Notes: generated by a model not told the origin, from the letters alone. A stretch of 64,000 nt of DNA from Perkinsela sp. CCAP 1560/9 (GCA_965644495.1 CBFFSA010000002.1:1178001-1242000), one strand, 5' to 3'. Shown: positions 1 to 11,326, numbered from the stretch's first letter. A program made the numbers and translations.

Positions 1-528
1 GATAAATCCAACTCAGCTCACCACGCAGCATATTTGCAATCAAATTAATGGATATTGCCTCCTGGGCTTCGTTGCATTTAATACCATCCCATAGGCAAGC
101 CGTTATACTCGTATTCCATGAAGGAAAAGGATTTTCAATCCCTTGTAAAAAACGTGCAAGTGCGTATTCCAGTGGCAAGTCAGCCCTTGTCTTCCCTAAA
201 CGGGTACTACAATCAGCAGAGCGAAAAGCAGCAGAGTGAAAATTAACTATCATGATTGTTAAGTTACAATGATTATTATAAGATGTGATAGATAGTGTTA
301 CAAATGCTACTTTACATTGCTCGAGGAAGTAATCAACATTAACGGAAGGGCAAGTAGAAATTATTCGCTTTATCATTATCAGAGGTAAAAAAATAGAGAT
401 AGAAATTATGCGACACAATAGAAACATTCCTTCCCGAGAAACTTGAACAATATTTCCAATTAATAAGCGAATCGAATAGAAAACAAAAAAGTTATTATGT
501 CACCATGCACGATAAAAGGCAAAAAACG

Positions 529-1203
529 TTATTTCCTACTGTGCTTTCGCTTTTTGTTTGTAAATTTATTTTTTCTTTTGGACGTTTTAGTTTTATCCTT
601 TCGTTGCCTGCCTTTTTTCTTTGCATCATCAAAATATCGATCCATATTGAACTCACTCTCGTCTCCCCCCATTGCTTTCCATTTTTTTGCATCCTTTTTC
701 GCCGCATGAAGGGAAACAGTCAAATTTCGTTTGCCTTGCTGGGCCTGTTTAGCTTGAGTGTCTTTGGTTTGCTTGTGGAACTTCTTTTGCTTTCTTCGCT
801 CACGACGTTGGGCTCGCAGTAAAATCTCCTGTTTGTTTTTCTGAATACGGTCTTTGATTCTCGACATGTGTGCATCACCTTTCACCATTTCGGCGTAGAA
901 ATCCTTCGGGCGCTGCCATTTGATTCCCAAAGCATCGAGTTTGCGAATGCCCTCTTGAACACTTGCAGCAGCATGAGCTTGAAAAGCACGTTCACGAACC
1001 GGATCATCGTCTCTTGCGGTCAATGGTAAAGATAATGATTGAGAAGCAAATACTGTCATTCGTTCCAACCAAGCGGAAGGCTCCTTCGTTGCAATGCAGT
1101 GGGGTGTATGTGACGGGGATACATCCTTTGAGGGGGTGGACTCTGCGGCATCCACAGTTGTGTCTTTCGATTTCACAGACTCGTACCTGGATATCAAAGG
1201 CAT
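529..1203 (-). CDS. EBP2: rRNA-processing protein Ebp2
   Basis: Motifs DDDPVRERAFQAHA and GIKWQRPKDFYAEMVKGDAHMSRIK, plus a Lys/Arg-rich C-terminus. The ORF is open to 1323; the likely ATG is 1203 (MPLISR). Confidence 0.92.
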   Translation of the reverse strand: MPLISRYESVKSKDTTVDAAESTPSKDVSPSHTPHCIATKEPSAWLERMTVFASQSLSLPLTARDDDPVRERAFQAHAAASVQEGIRKLDALGIKWQRPKDFYAEMVKGDAHMSRIKDRIQKNKQEILLRAQRRERRKQKKFHKQTKDTQAKQAQQGKRNLTVSLHAAKKDAKKWKAMGGDESEFNMDRYFDDAKKKGRQRKDKTKTSKRKNKFTNKKRKHSRK

Positions 1204-1850
1204 TGAGAAAGATGTACAAAATTTTTCGTAGTATAGAAAATGATGGCTGCAACAAATGTCCCGCAATATCCATGTCAATACTTTGCATAATATCGAGACT
1301 ACAGGGAACAAATATTTCAACAACCCAGAAGACCACTTTTACAATAACAATTAAAGGATTTCTTTCACCGGTATTAGTGATCTAAATCTACTGTAGTGTC
1401 TTCGTTTGGCGATAAATGGGAGCAATTCAAGCTCATGTCAGGTGTGAATTTTTTTATAGTCTACGTCGAATTGGCGTGCCGTGAGAACAACAATATCGTT
1501 TTTGTAATTGGCCCGTTTACGGAAAGCAACATTCAATGTTGTTTTCCTCCGAAAAAGTGACAGTTTTTAGGAGTACTCGCTTATTTCATTTCGGTAACGC
1601 ATGGTACTACTACAACAGTTTCATGGCTGCACAACAAAGTACGTCATGCAAGATCATCGATCGATATATTTCCGCTTCGATAGGGCAACCTTTCGAGCCA
1701 ATAAAAACACTGACTCATAAGGATTACAAGATCCCGCATTCTTTCCTTCCCCATCTCACAAAAACTGTGCCTAGAACGGGCACCCCAGAAACGGACATCC
1801 TGACCCGATTCTCCGATCCCATCGCGGCTACCTCACTCCCCCGCACCCTC

Positions 1851-3242
1851 CTAGCACATCTCCTGCGTACTCGCGCCGTCCCCGAAATGGGCCGAGGACC
1901 GCGGAGGGCTCTCCCCCGGGGTGTTCCAGAACCGCTGCACCCCCGTCGCCTCCTTCATCTTCCGAAGCGTGAACGTGTCCCCGCCCCCTGCCTGGTACGC
2001 CAGATGGTGCAACGTGGACTCCCGCTCCGGGGTCTCCCCCTCATCATGAATATCACTCACCCGCATCTTGCCCCGTTTCGAGAGCACCGCAATCCCGCGC
2101 TCCGCTTGGGTCGTGTTCCGCTCCGGGGGGTACAGCCACTTCTCCAGTACCGTCGGGGCGCGTGATTTATGGGGCGGGGGGACATCAATATCCGAGCGTC
2201 TCGCAAAGTACTTGAACCCCTTCGGGAGCCACCCGCCGTAGAGTTTCATTTTACGCTCCTTGGAGAGGGTAGCGCCTTTGTCTTGAAACGTCCACGCGGT
2301 ACCGTTCTCCAGCGCGTCGAGGTAATCCACAGCGGCCCGGGCATGGAGACCGTGGGCGGTGGGATCGTTAAGGGGGTCGGAGAGCTCATGGTAGGCTTCC
2401 GTGACCCGGGCGCGTTGGGCAGAGGCCAGGGTAGAGGGCGTGGGGTGCACCACCTCATGACGGACGTCACAGGAACGCGCGTTAAACGGGTAAAGATGCA
2501 TCTTAATCTCATCGTAGTCCGCGGAGAGGGGCCCGGAGCGGTGTCCGGCGTTTTGGATACGGTCACACTCCCGGCGAAGGAAGCCGAGAAAGCGTGAAAA
2601 GACGGGGAAACCTTCGTCTGCCGTTCCAAATTTCGACATGGTGAGGAGTACGGGGCGTTTGCGAAAAAGAAGTCGCGCGGCTTGTTTGGCTTTGCATTGC
2701 ATGTGGAAGTCCAGGGTGCTTCCTTTGAAGGAAATGACAAACGCCTCGCGGAACGCGCGGGGACTCTCGTTGGTTTCTTCCTGATTTACCGCAATCAAGG
2801 CATCACTCACACCGTCCCGGATTTCACAAATGTGAGTGTGATCGGACACATTCTTGCCCATCGGCTTAGACATCTTACTTACGAGATCCATCCCAGCATC
2901 CCGAGCAAGCTGAATACCCTCTCGTAGAGAACACTCGATCGGGGGCAAGAGCGGCAACATGCCGCCTGTCTCATTCTTCTGCAGTCCCACTATTTGAACT
3001 TTGTTGGAACGAATGTGATGGTTGTGAGGTTGCAGCCCCGTGCATCTCATATACGACATAGTGTCCTTTGCGGTGCTATCACGGTGACGAGGGGGGCAAT
3101 AATCCAGCGGGTTAATGCGTAAGCACTCAACAGCATTTTTTTCTGCGGTTGAAAGCAGCGATTGAGATTCCGCCTCAACGGCATCTAACGCTTCAGCACC
3201 AAGAAAAGTGGAAGTGAGACAACGAGTAGAGTAGCGAATCAT
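1851..3242 (-). CDS. Kinetoplastid-type mitochondrial translation initiation factor 3-like protein
   Basis: IF3-N-like HIRSNKVQIV...SLREGIQLARDAGMDLV and IF3-C-like ISFKGSTLDFHMQCKAKQAARLL; presequence-like N-terminus (MIRYSTRCL); long C-terminal extension. Confidence 0.7.
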   Translation of the reverse strand: MIRYSTRCLTSTFLGAEALDAVEAESQSLLSTAEKNAVECLRINPLDYCPPRHRDSTAKDTMSYMRCTGLQPHNHHIRSNKVQIVGLQKNETGGMLPLLPPIECSLREGIQLARDAGMDLVSKMSKPMGKNVSDHTHICEIRDGVSDALIAVNQEETNESPRAFREAFVISFKGSTLDFHMQCKAKQAARLLFRKRPVLLTMSKFGTADEGFPVFSRFLGFLRRECDRIQNAGHRSGPLSADYDEIKMHLYPFNARSCDVRHEVVHPTPSTLASAQRARVTEAYHELSDPLNDPTAHGLHARAAVDYLDALENGTAWTFQDKGATLSKERKMKLYGGWLPKGFKYFARRSDIDVPPPHKSRAPTVLEKWLYPPERNTTQAERGIAVLSKRGKMRVSDIHDEGETPERESTLHHLAYQAGGGDTFTLRKMKEATGVQRFWNTPGESPPRSSAHFGDGASTQEMC

Positions 3243-3959
3243 CGACGACGAAAAATAAAGCTAATAAAAAAATATGCAGCGACTGTACCAAGATGAAATA
3301 CTAAGATGAATAAATTGGAACTGTTAGCAACAAAGAACAGATATCGGTTTTGTAACCATATTTCGTGCAAACAATTTTCAACTGTGTTTTTATACTGCAT
3401 CTTGGGTGTTTATCGTTTTACATAACTAAGAGGGTTGAAACCTATGAAAGGCAAAACCTGGCAAAACCCGCATATTCCTCATTGACGTGGCGAAGAAAAG
3501 TACCTTGTCAAAATTAGTGAAGAACATACTTGGTCTCCATCGTGCGCTGCAAAACATTTTTTGCGCCACAAAAAATGAAAATTGTGAAAAAATTATTTTT
3601 CGAAATAAATCCCCAGAGGGGGTAGCCGAGGTCTTGGCGCACATTTTCCACCCCCGTACTCGGGGACGACGCCCCCTGGTATCAACAGGACGGGGCCGCC
3701 GAGTTCGGTTTTTTCTGAAAAGAAAATTGAAAAAGTCAACTTGGCGAAAAATATGGCTTAAAAAATAGTTTTTCAAAATCGTTTCACCTATCATAGCTTG
3801 GACTAGTAAACTAGCAATTACTAAAAGTAGTAAACAGGATAGTAATTACTAAAGTTACTACTTTTTTGGTCACTTACTTTTGTTCAGATTTAGGTCACAT
3901 GTTAAGCTTTGGAAGAGCCCTACTTTTCAGAAACGGTATCCTTATCGTTGTGGAGACTG

Positions 3960-4570
3960 GATGTCACCATCCTCCATTTCCAATATTGCTTCTTCCTCTA
4001 CGAGGGCGAGGAGAATCCTGGTCAACGCATTTTCCGCGTTAACCGCTATTGGTGTCGGAGTGGTTTCCAGTCTCTCCATTACGGCGGCCGACTACTACTA
4101 CTACCGATATGCAGAACATGACTCTCCCTTTGACGGACGAAGGAATAATCCGATATATTTCCCAACTCAAGGCTTCCATCCAAACGAAACTGACGGGTAA
4201 CCCTATGCGAATCAATCACAATTCTTCTGTGTTGGAAGGCAGCGGCCAGATGGACAGAAACAGCTCAGCTCACCAAAGATCGCTTCGTAAAGGCCTCATC
4301 CGCCGCGGTGATAGTGTATTGGGGAAGGAATACAAAGTCCACGAGACTAAATCCGTACCGCTTGTCGACGTGCACGACAATAACAGGAACAGGAACGGAA
4401 GAGATAGCACAGTATATTCTAACGATGCGAAGTGGCCAAGTCTTGACAAATACAACCGTCAGGGAAATGGATCAGGTCATAGGGGAAATTTTGGGTCCGG
4501 GTTACGGAACTCACTCCCTCAAGAGGGGAGCGGTGACGTACCTGTTTCGACGTACCTATTTCTTTCGTAG
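3960..4570 (+). pseudogene. Frameshifted tyrosine recombinase remnant (YR-retroelement type)
   Basis: Box-II motif GYGTHSLKRGAVTYL (HxxR) near 4500-4545. Upstream pieces are spread over three frames and the catalytic Tyr region is missing. Confidence 0.6.
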
Positions 4571-4590
4571 CAAAAAAAGATATAATACTC

Positions 4591-4770
4591 ATATCCCTTA
4601 ATGGCGAAACAATCGAACAAGTAGAATCCCTCACATACTTGGGATCAATAATCAACGAGAATACCACCCTCCAAAGTGAAATATCAAACAGAATACGGTG
4701 CGCGATGGGGAAACTGACGTCTTTGCAACCTATATGGAAAAACGAATCTTTACCAAATCTGATATCCTGA
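4591..4770 (+). mobile_element. Non-LTR retrotransposon (RTE-like) RT C-terminal fragment
   Basis: Translates ISLNGETIEQVESLTYLGSIINENTTLQSEISNRIRCAMGKLTSLQPIWKN, matching the LINE pattern YLGS.I...EI..RI..A....L..IW. Confidence 0.75.
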
Positions 4771-4826
4771 AACTGAACACGACATACATGCAAATGATTA
4801 GGCGGGCACTCAAACTCCCTTGGATT

Positions 4827-4829
<3 letters not shown>

Positions 4830-4920
<91 letters not shown>

Positions 4921-4973
4921 GGATAGACAGATAGATAGATAGATAGATGGATAGACAGATAGATAGATAGATA
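4830..4973. repeat. (AGAT)n microsatellite
   Basis: About 35 near-perfect AGAT units. Confidence 0.98.
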
Positions 4974-5359
4974 CACCAAAAAAAAATTCAAATCATTCCG
5001 GATTGCTCCGGATGGTCACTGGCAAGCCAGACCCATCACAGACAGATTTGGAAGTTCCAAGGCCGACGTCCTCTACCAGTTTCCGCTTGTCCAAGGCGGC
5101 ACCAACGTGCTGTTGCCAACACGCTGCGCCGACGAACTGTACGTCACACGGCTTACCCAAGAGGTGTAAGCCGGGTAAGGGAGCTGGTTCCCTGAGGTGA
5201 GGGTCCGGTACGGTCCTCCGAGTACTGGGCCTAGTCGGTTATCAGCCCAGCCTCTTAGAGTGAGGCCGCCAGGAATATTGCGGTGAGCGAGTTTGAACTC
5301 GCCGTCTGAGCACCATGTGCTTCAAACTTTGGATTCTTGTCACTCCGCCACCTCCGCCC
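4835..5359 (-). mobile_element. tRNA-derived SINE-like element
   Basis: tRNA-like head at 5280-5359 (A-box TGGCGGAGTG, B-box GAGTTCAAAC, acceptor and T stems pair). 3' end shared with the LINE remnant at 16082-16141, followed by a T run and (CTAT)n. TAAAGATAG direct repeat at 4826-4834 and 5360-5368. Confidence 0.75.
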
Positions 5360-5385
5360 TAAAGATAGGGCCCTAAAGATAGATA

Positions 5386-6210
5386 CACCCTGTCCAGCTT
5401 CATTTACCTCCCCCCTACAGGTCTTGTATTTTGTTCGATTTTGGAAATATTTGGTATGGGACTGTTTTTCGACCCAATCGTCTCGAATCCGCTGTCCTTT
5501 TCACTCGAGCGACCTTTTTCTTCCGAGACCTTAAAAGTTTCGTCGAAAATCCCGTTTTTCTTTTGCCCACCCAAAAAAAATCCATTTTTTTTACATTTGT
5601 CCTTAATGATCAAGAGATATCGAACTTCCTCTCCCAAATCAGCGCATTCCACCGGAAAGGCGAACACTGATCATAGCACGGTACAAGGAACCAAAATCCT
5701 TACGTGCTGTAGCTAATGAGCTAAAAATCTCCAGGAATGGAGTAAGATATTGGGTGCGGCACTTTGAAAAGCACCAACACGTTACCACCCCACTTCGCGA
5801 AAAACGTCGTACGGTAGTTCCCAAGCGCTACCGTCGTACGTGTGTCAAGGTGTGCCGCCAATTAAAGAAGCAAAACCCCGAAGGAACGACCATTAGCCAC
5901 GTTGCACGCGTGGTTACTAGTTCTCATGGTGGTTCGCGCCAAAGCGTTACCCGAGCCTTAGATTTACAAGGCTACGGGAAAATTCGCAAAGAGCGTGATG
6001 TCGGGCTTACCCCTACGCACGTGAAGAAACGGCTTATTTTTGCGTGTAAACTTATTAAATGGAGTGATGCGAAGTTAGCGCGTATTGTATTCACGGACGA
6101 AAAGCTGTTTACTTGTTCCCTCGGTTCCCGCGAAAACCATTATGTTGATAAAAGGGGGGCGAAAAAATTAAGGCAGTCTCCCAGACAAAAAAGTTTTTTG
6201 GGGGGAAAGG
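5386..6210 (+). mobile_element. Truncated Tc1/mariner transposon (left end and 5' part of transposase)
   Basis: LTPTHVKKRLIFACKLIKWSDAKLARIVFTDEKLF is the Tc1 pattern up to the first catalytic Asp. 5406-5508 matches the TIR region of the MITE at 40982-41372. Confidence 0.8.
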
Positions 6211-6212
6211 TA

Positions 6213-6452
6213 TCATGGTATTCTTTCTCTCCAATTAATGTCCGTCACATGCTTTCCATCTTCACAAATAACACCATCCCACTTACATGCAGCGGTAGAT
6301 GTGTTCCATGACGGATGTGGATTCTTGATGCCTGAAATTAATCGTGCAAGTTCGTACTCTTGTGGCAGGCATGCTTCTCTAACTTTTGCAGCTCGTCGAA
6401 TTTGTGCATTCGAGTCTGTATCATCCATTATGTAAAATGTAAACGAAAACAT
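6213..6452 (-). pseudogene. LRR-family N-terminal remnant
   Basis: RAAKVREACLPQEYELARL...NPHPSW...ACKWDGVIC cap motif; ends where the Tc1 fragment ends. Confidence 0.75.
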
Positions 6453-6630
6453 CTTTCAATGTATGCATTATGTACTCTACACTGGACCTACCTACATGTT
6501 ATTTATACCTACGTTATATTTATAATTTAAAAAAAAGTCCTTGTAATCAAGGTGAACGCCTGGTTGCAGAATACGTTGGCACTTGAATTATTCACTTTCT
6601 TTTTCTTACTCAAGTTAAACCCAACATGCA

Positions 6631-7431
6631 CTACCTTGCGGGGTTCATCGTAATATTTGTATTCGTGAGTTCAAGTATCAGTCCTTCCGGCAGAAGCCTT
6701 CTGTCAAGCACACTACGCAACCCCACGTTGTTTTCCAAATCAAGCTGCACCAACGTTCGTGGGAGAACCTCCAACGCGACCTCACCTTCGAAACGGTTAT
6801 TCCCCAGCATCACCGTGCACATCCCCCTCGGGAGTTTCCCCAAATCCAACGCTCCACGAAAAAAATTATCACTCAGGTCCAGGAATTGCAAACTCTGCGG
6901 AAGCACCGTAAGATTCACTTCCCCCTCAAACCGATTCTGGCTGAGACGCAAGTACGTCATATTCATCGGCAGCGCGTTGAGTTCCGCGGTGCCGTTAAAT
7001 CGGTTCAGCGCGAGTTTGTACCGTTGCAACGGTGGTGGCAGTGCGGTGAGATCCACGCCCCCCTCCAGGGCGTTACTCTCCACACAGACGAAATGGAGGC
7101 TACAGGGGAGGTGGGCAAAGTGGAGCGCCCCGGAGAGCCCACGGAAGAACCACACGATCATTGTGAGCGCCCCGCTGGGGTCGCAGCGGACCCCGTCCCA
7201 GGCACAGGCGGGGGTCGCGGTGTGCCACGTGGGGTGGGGGTTGTGGAGGTCCGCGGTGAGACGGGCGAGGTGGTACTCCGGAGGGAGGGTACAGGGGGCG
7301 ATTTTACCGACCCGGGCCCCGAGGGTGGGGTGTGGGATCTCGGAGGGTGGGGGAGGGGGGTGGTGGATTTTCCGACGTTTGTAGGGGGGGGAGAGACAGG
7401 GGGAGGAGGAGGGGTTGAGGGAGGAGGACAT
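6631..7431 (-). CDS. Leucine-rich repeat protein (family member)
   Basis: Cap motif LPPEYHLARL...ACAWDGVRC and LxxLxLxxNxFxGxVxLxxLP repeats. The likely start is MSSSLNP (7431); the upstream in-frame extension includes a duplicated piece of the 12524-14200 gene. Confidence 0.85.
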   Translation of the reverse strand: MSSSLNPSSSPCLSPPYKRRKIHHPPPPPSEIPHPTLGARVGKIAPCTLPPEYHLARLTADLHNPHPTWHTATPACAWDGVRCDPSGALTMIVWFFRGLSGALHFAHLPCSLHFVCVESNALEGGVDLTALPPPLQRYKLALNRFNGTAELNALPMNMTYLRLSQNRFEGEVNLTVLPQSLQFLDLSDNFFRGALDLGKLPRGMCTVMLGNNRFEGEVALEVLPRTLVQLDLENNVGLRSVLDRRLLPEGLILELTNTNITMNPAR

Positions 7432-7499
7432 GTTGTGGGGGGACGAAAGGTGTGGGAAAGAAAAATAGATGGGAGGTGAGAACATGAAGAGGTGGGGAG

Positions 7500-7685
7500 A
7501 CGGAAAGCCGTTTCCTTCCACGTGAAATAGAGTAACAGTTGAGGAGCAACAGTTGAGAGTAACAGCCCTAGGAATATTTACCAAATCTAATTTACCGTTT
7601 TCTTTCATCTCACCTAAATAAAGATCCAACACAGCAATATCCCATCGAATTTGAGTTACCTCGCCCTTCGTATTGCATTTGCAAT
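7500..7685 (-). pseudogene. Duplicated fragment of the LRR gene at 12524-14200
   Basis: Near-identical to 13812-13962 (CNTKGEVTxIRWDIxVLxLYLGEMKENGKLDLVNIPR) with a small internal duplication. Confidence 0.85.
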
Positions 7686-8378
7686 ATTTGTACATGAACA
7701 AGCGAAATGGGAAAATAAAAGCAATAATGGCCTTAATTTCGGCCTCTGAAGATGAGCTGACGAAGTACAAGTGCGTGGTGTTATTACGGGACGGTTTAAT
7801 TACGGGACGGGTATTTAAGGGACGATATAGGGATGGGGTCATGCCTTTGTAGTGGGACAAAAGAACTACAACTGTTGCGCCCAAGTCACAGAGCGCCCAA
7901 GTTATCAGGCACATAAAAATGTACTTGTCAGATAGGTGAATCAAAAGGAGATAAAGAAGGGAAAATAACTAAAAGAAAAAGTACAGTAGAGCCTTGGAAA
8001 AAGGAGAATTAAGTGACGGTTTATTTCGGGACACTTTGGCCTTGATGGGGGGTGTCCCTTAATTAACCCGTTCCGGAATAAAGCCCCGCACTGTAAACAA
8101 TTTTAATATTCAGGCTGCTTTTCCAAACGATTAAAATTTCGGGGAAAAAAGGAGCGATTGGCCCACGACTGAACACGGGAACACCGTCTAAAATTGACAA
8201 GCACAAGCAAAGTTTGGCTCGCGGACAGTAAACCGTCTATCTGTGTCTAGTATATCTGCGTCTAGTATATAGCTATGTCTAGCTTCGCGTCCCCCATTTT
8301 TATCCTTTCACATTATTTTCCATGTACCCCCCCTTTAAAAGGGCATTTTGCCCAAAATCGGAGTCCTATTAAACTCTA

Positions 8379-9706
8379 TTACTCTCTCACGTGCCGCTGC
8401 ATCTACACTACGTTCACTGCCTCACGTGGAAGTACACTTATTCTCGCACGTGCCACTGCAGCTACAGTGCAGTCACTTACTCTCTCACGCGCCACTGTGT
8501 TCACTGCCTCACGTGGCAGTACACTTACTCTTTCACGCCACTGCATCTACACTGCGTTCACTGCCTCACGTGGCAGTACACTTACTCTCTCAAGTGCCAC
8601 TGCAGCCACATTGCATTACTGCAGTCAGTTCCTCACGTGGCAGTGCACTTACTCTCGCACGTGCCACTGCAGCTACACTGCAATCACTTACTCTCTCACG
8701 CGCCACTGTATCTACACTGCGTTCACTGCCTCGCGTGGCAGTACACTTACTCTTTCACGCGCCACTGCATCTACACTGCGTTCACTGCCTCACGTGGAAG
8801 TACACTTACTCTCGCACGTGCCACTGCAGCTACAGTGCAGTCACTTACTCTCTCACGCGCCACTGCGTTCACTGCCTCACGTGGCAGTACACTTACTCTT
8901 TCACGCCACTGCATCTACACTGCGTTCATTACCTCACGTGGCAGTACACTTACTCTCTCAAGTGCCACTGCAGCCACATTGCATTACTGCAGTCAGTTCC
9001 TCACGTGGCAGTGCACTTACTCTCGCACGTGCCACTGCAGCTACACTGCAGTCACTTACTCTCTCACGCGCCACTGCGTTCACTGCCTCACGTGGCAATA
9101 CACTTACTCTTTCACGCCACTGCATCTACACTGCGTTCATTACCTCACGTGGCAGTACACTTACTCTCTCAAGTGCCACTGCAGCCACATTGCATTACTG
9201 CAGTCAGTTCCTCACGTGGCAGTGCACTTACTCTCGCACGTGCCACTGCAGCTACACTGCAGTCACTTACTCTCTCACGCGCCACTGTATCTACACTGCG
9301 TTCACTGCCTCGCGTGGCAGTACACTTACTCTTTCACGCGCCACTGCATCTACACTGCGTTCACTGCCTCACGTGGAAGTACACTTACTCTCGCACGTGC
9401 CACTGCAGCTACAGTGCAGTCACTTACTCTCTCACGCGCCACTGCGTTCACTGCCTCACGTGGCAGTACACTTACTCTTTCACGCCACTGCATCTACACT
9501 GCGTTCATTACCTCACGTGGCAGTACACTTACTCTCTCAAGTGCCACTGCAGCCACTTTGCATTACTGCAGTCAGTTCCTCACGTGGCAGTGCACTTACT
9601 CTCGCACGTGCCACTGCAGCTACACTGCAGTCACTTACTCTCTCACGCCACTGCATCTACACTGCGTTCACTGCCTCGCGTGGCAGTACACTTACTCTTT
9701 CACGTA
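8379..9706. repeat. Modular satellite with 579-bp higher-order repeat
   Basis: Shuffled CACTTACTCT/CACGTGGCAG/GCCACTGCA monomers. The marker CAAGTGCC occurs at 8591, 8959, 9170 and 9538 (spacing 368, 211, 368). Confidence 0.95.
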
Positions 9707-9780
9707 CCAATTTTTTTCATAGAGACCCGCTGAGAAAAATTGAAATTTCCCAGGAGGGGGCAAGATCAACAACCGCCCCT

Positions 9781-10712
9781 GTATATACAAAATGCAAACC
9801 GTGTTTTTGGTGGCCAGCTGGCCACTTTTTTGAGAAAAAGTATCTGAAAAAAAAGTTTGTTCCGAATTTGATTTTTTGGCGATCTTGAGCAATTTTTTTT
9901 TTTTCGATTTTTTTAGTAAAATATCGATGTCGGGAATCGAACCGCGGACGTTCAGCGTCAAAATGGAGCCCCTTTTGCCAACTGGACTACTCAAGTGACG
10001 CTCCTTAGTCAACCAGTTTGTCGTATCGCAGACCTTTGCACACGCACTTTGTTTTACGAAAAATGTTCTAAAATTTGGGAAATAAGGTTGTTTTAGTTGA
10101 TTTTTAGAGTATTTAAGAGTTCATCTAATGACTTACTGCTACGTTTTGGAATTTTGAAAAATCCCGATCTTATGATTCTTTGGTGATTTTTTTCACTTTT
10201 TGGAATTAACCTTAGTAAGCGAGTTAGATACTCCGTATCTCCCTCAATGACTTTAGAACACAAGGTCTACAATACTGAGTATAAATCTGCTTTACCATTT
10301 TTATTTCTATCAAAAAAACCGAAAAACAAAAACCAAAAGTCACAAAGGAATAGCAAAAACTTTGAGTACCTGTAGGTTTCTGTGAATCGCTGTGAGTCAC
10401 TGTAAGTATTTTTTTTGCGACGAAAAAGTTTTTTTTCGTAAAAAAAAGTGCGTGTGCAAAGGTCTGTGATACGACAAACTGGTTGACTCAGGAGCGTCAT
10501 TTGAGTAGTCCAGTTGGTAAAGGGGTTCCGTTTTGACGCTGGACGTCCGCGGTTCGATTCCGGACATCGACATTTTACTAACAAAATCGAAAACAAAAAT
10601 ATTTGCTCAAGATCGCCAAAAAAACAAATTCGGAACAATTTTTTCAGATTTTTTCTCTCTCGAAAAAGTGGCCAGCTGGCCACCAAAAACACGGTTTGCA
10701 TTTTGTATATAC
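9781..10712. repeat. ~280-bp inverted repeat pair (9781-10062 and 10432-10712), each carrying a tRNA-like cassette
   Basis: The arms are reverse complements at high identity around a ~370-bp AT-rich spacer. Confidence 0.92.
10497..10571 (+). other. tRNA-derived pseudogene-like cassette (inverted second copy at ~9924-9998)
   Basis: A-box-like TAGTCCAGTTGGTA and B-box GGTTCGATTCC; the stems are broken, so this is not a functional tRNA. Confidence 0.65.
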
Positions 10713-10739
10713 ATAAAGAGAAAAATAATGAGCAGGTCC

Positions 10740-11101
10740 GAGTGGTAGTGTGCAGCTACAGTACCCGTGAGAGAGTAAGTGTACTTCCACGTGAGGCAGT
10801 GGTTGAACAGTGATGCAGTGCAGCTGCAGTGGCACGTTCGAGAGTAAGTGCACTGCGGCGTGAGGAAGTGACTGTAGTGATGCAGTGCAGCTGCATCACG
10901 TACGTGAAAGAGTAAATGTACTGCCACGTGAGGCAGTGAACGCAGTGTAGATACAGTGGCGCGTGAGAGTCAGTGACTGCACTGTAGCTGCAGTGGCACG
11001 TGCGAGAGTAGGTGCGGCGTGAGGAAGTGACTGCAGTAATGCAATGTAGCCGCAATGGCGCTTGAGAGAGTAAGTGTACTGCCACGTGAGACAGTGACTG
11101 T
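10740..11101. repeat. Inverted, diverged copy of the 8379-9706 satellite
   Basis: AGAGTAAGTG and CTGCCACGTG monomers are reverse complements of the left satellite. Confidence 0.9.
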
Positions 11102-11123
11102 ATTCCAAATCCAAAAAAATATC

Positions 11124-11326
11124 CATGTTGTGGATGTGAAATGCCATGTTGTGGAAAGGTGGTCAGCTGGCCATCTCGTGGAAGAGTGGCCAGCTGGCCA
11201 TGTTGTGGAAGGTTGACCAGCTGGCCATGTTGTGAAAGAGTGGCCAGCTGGCCATGTTGTGGAAGAGTGGCCAGCTGGCCATGTTGTTGAAGGGTGGCCA
11301 GCTGGCCATGTTGTGAAAGAGTGGCC
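11124..11326. repeat. 27-bp tandem repeat containing palindrome TGGCCAGCTGGCCA
   Basis: About 7 units of GGCCAGCTGGCCATGTTGTGGAAGAGT; the same palindrome occurs at ~9811 and ~10669. Confidence 0.9.

Noticed and set aside
4419-4991. 190-aa ORF with YLSI repeats
   Set aside because: Artefact of the (AGAT)n microsatellite.
5280-5359. Functional tRNA (Gln/Ser/Sec-like)
   Set aside because: The D and anticodon arms do not pair and the T loop is 6 nt; treated as a SINE head.
7432-7944. N-terminal extension of the 437-aa LRR ORF as genuine protein
   Set aside because: Patchwork of repeat-like DNA, a duplicated LRR fragment and a pyrimidine tract that looks like a splice-acceptor region.
8275-9888. 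His/Cys/Thr-rich proteins from three overlapping ORFs
   Set aside because: Satellite translation on the strand opposite all host genes.
9924-10571. Two functional tRNA genes
   Set aside because: Only the A/B boxes are recognisable, the stems are broken, and the copies lie inside an inverted repeat.
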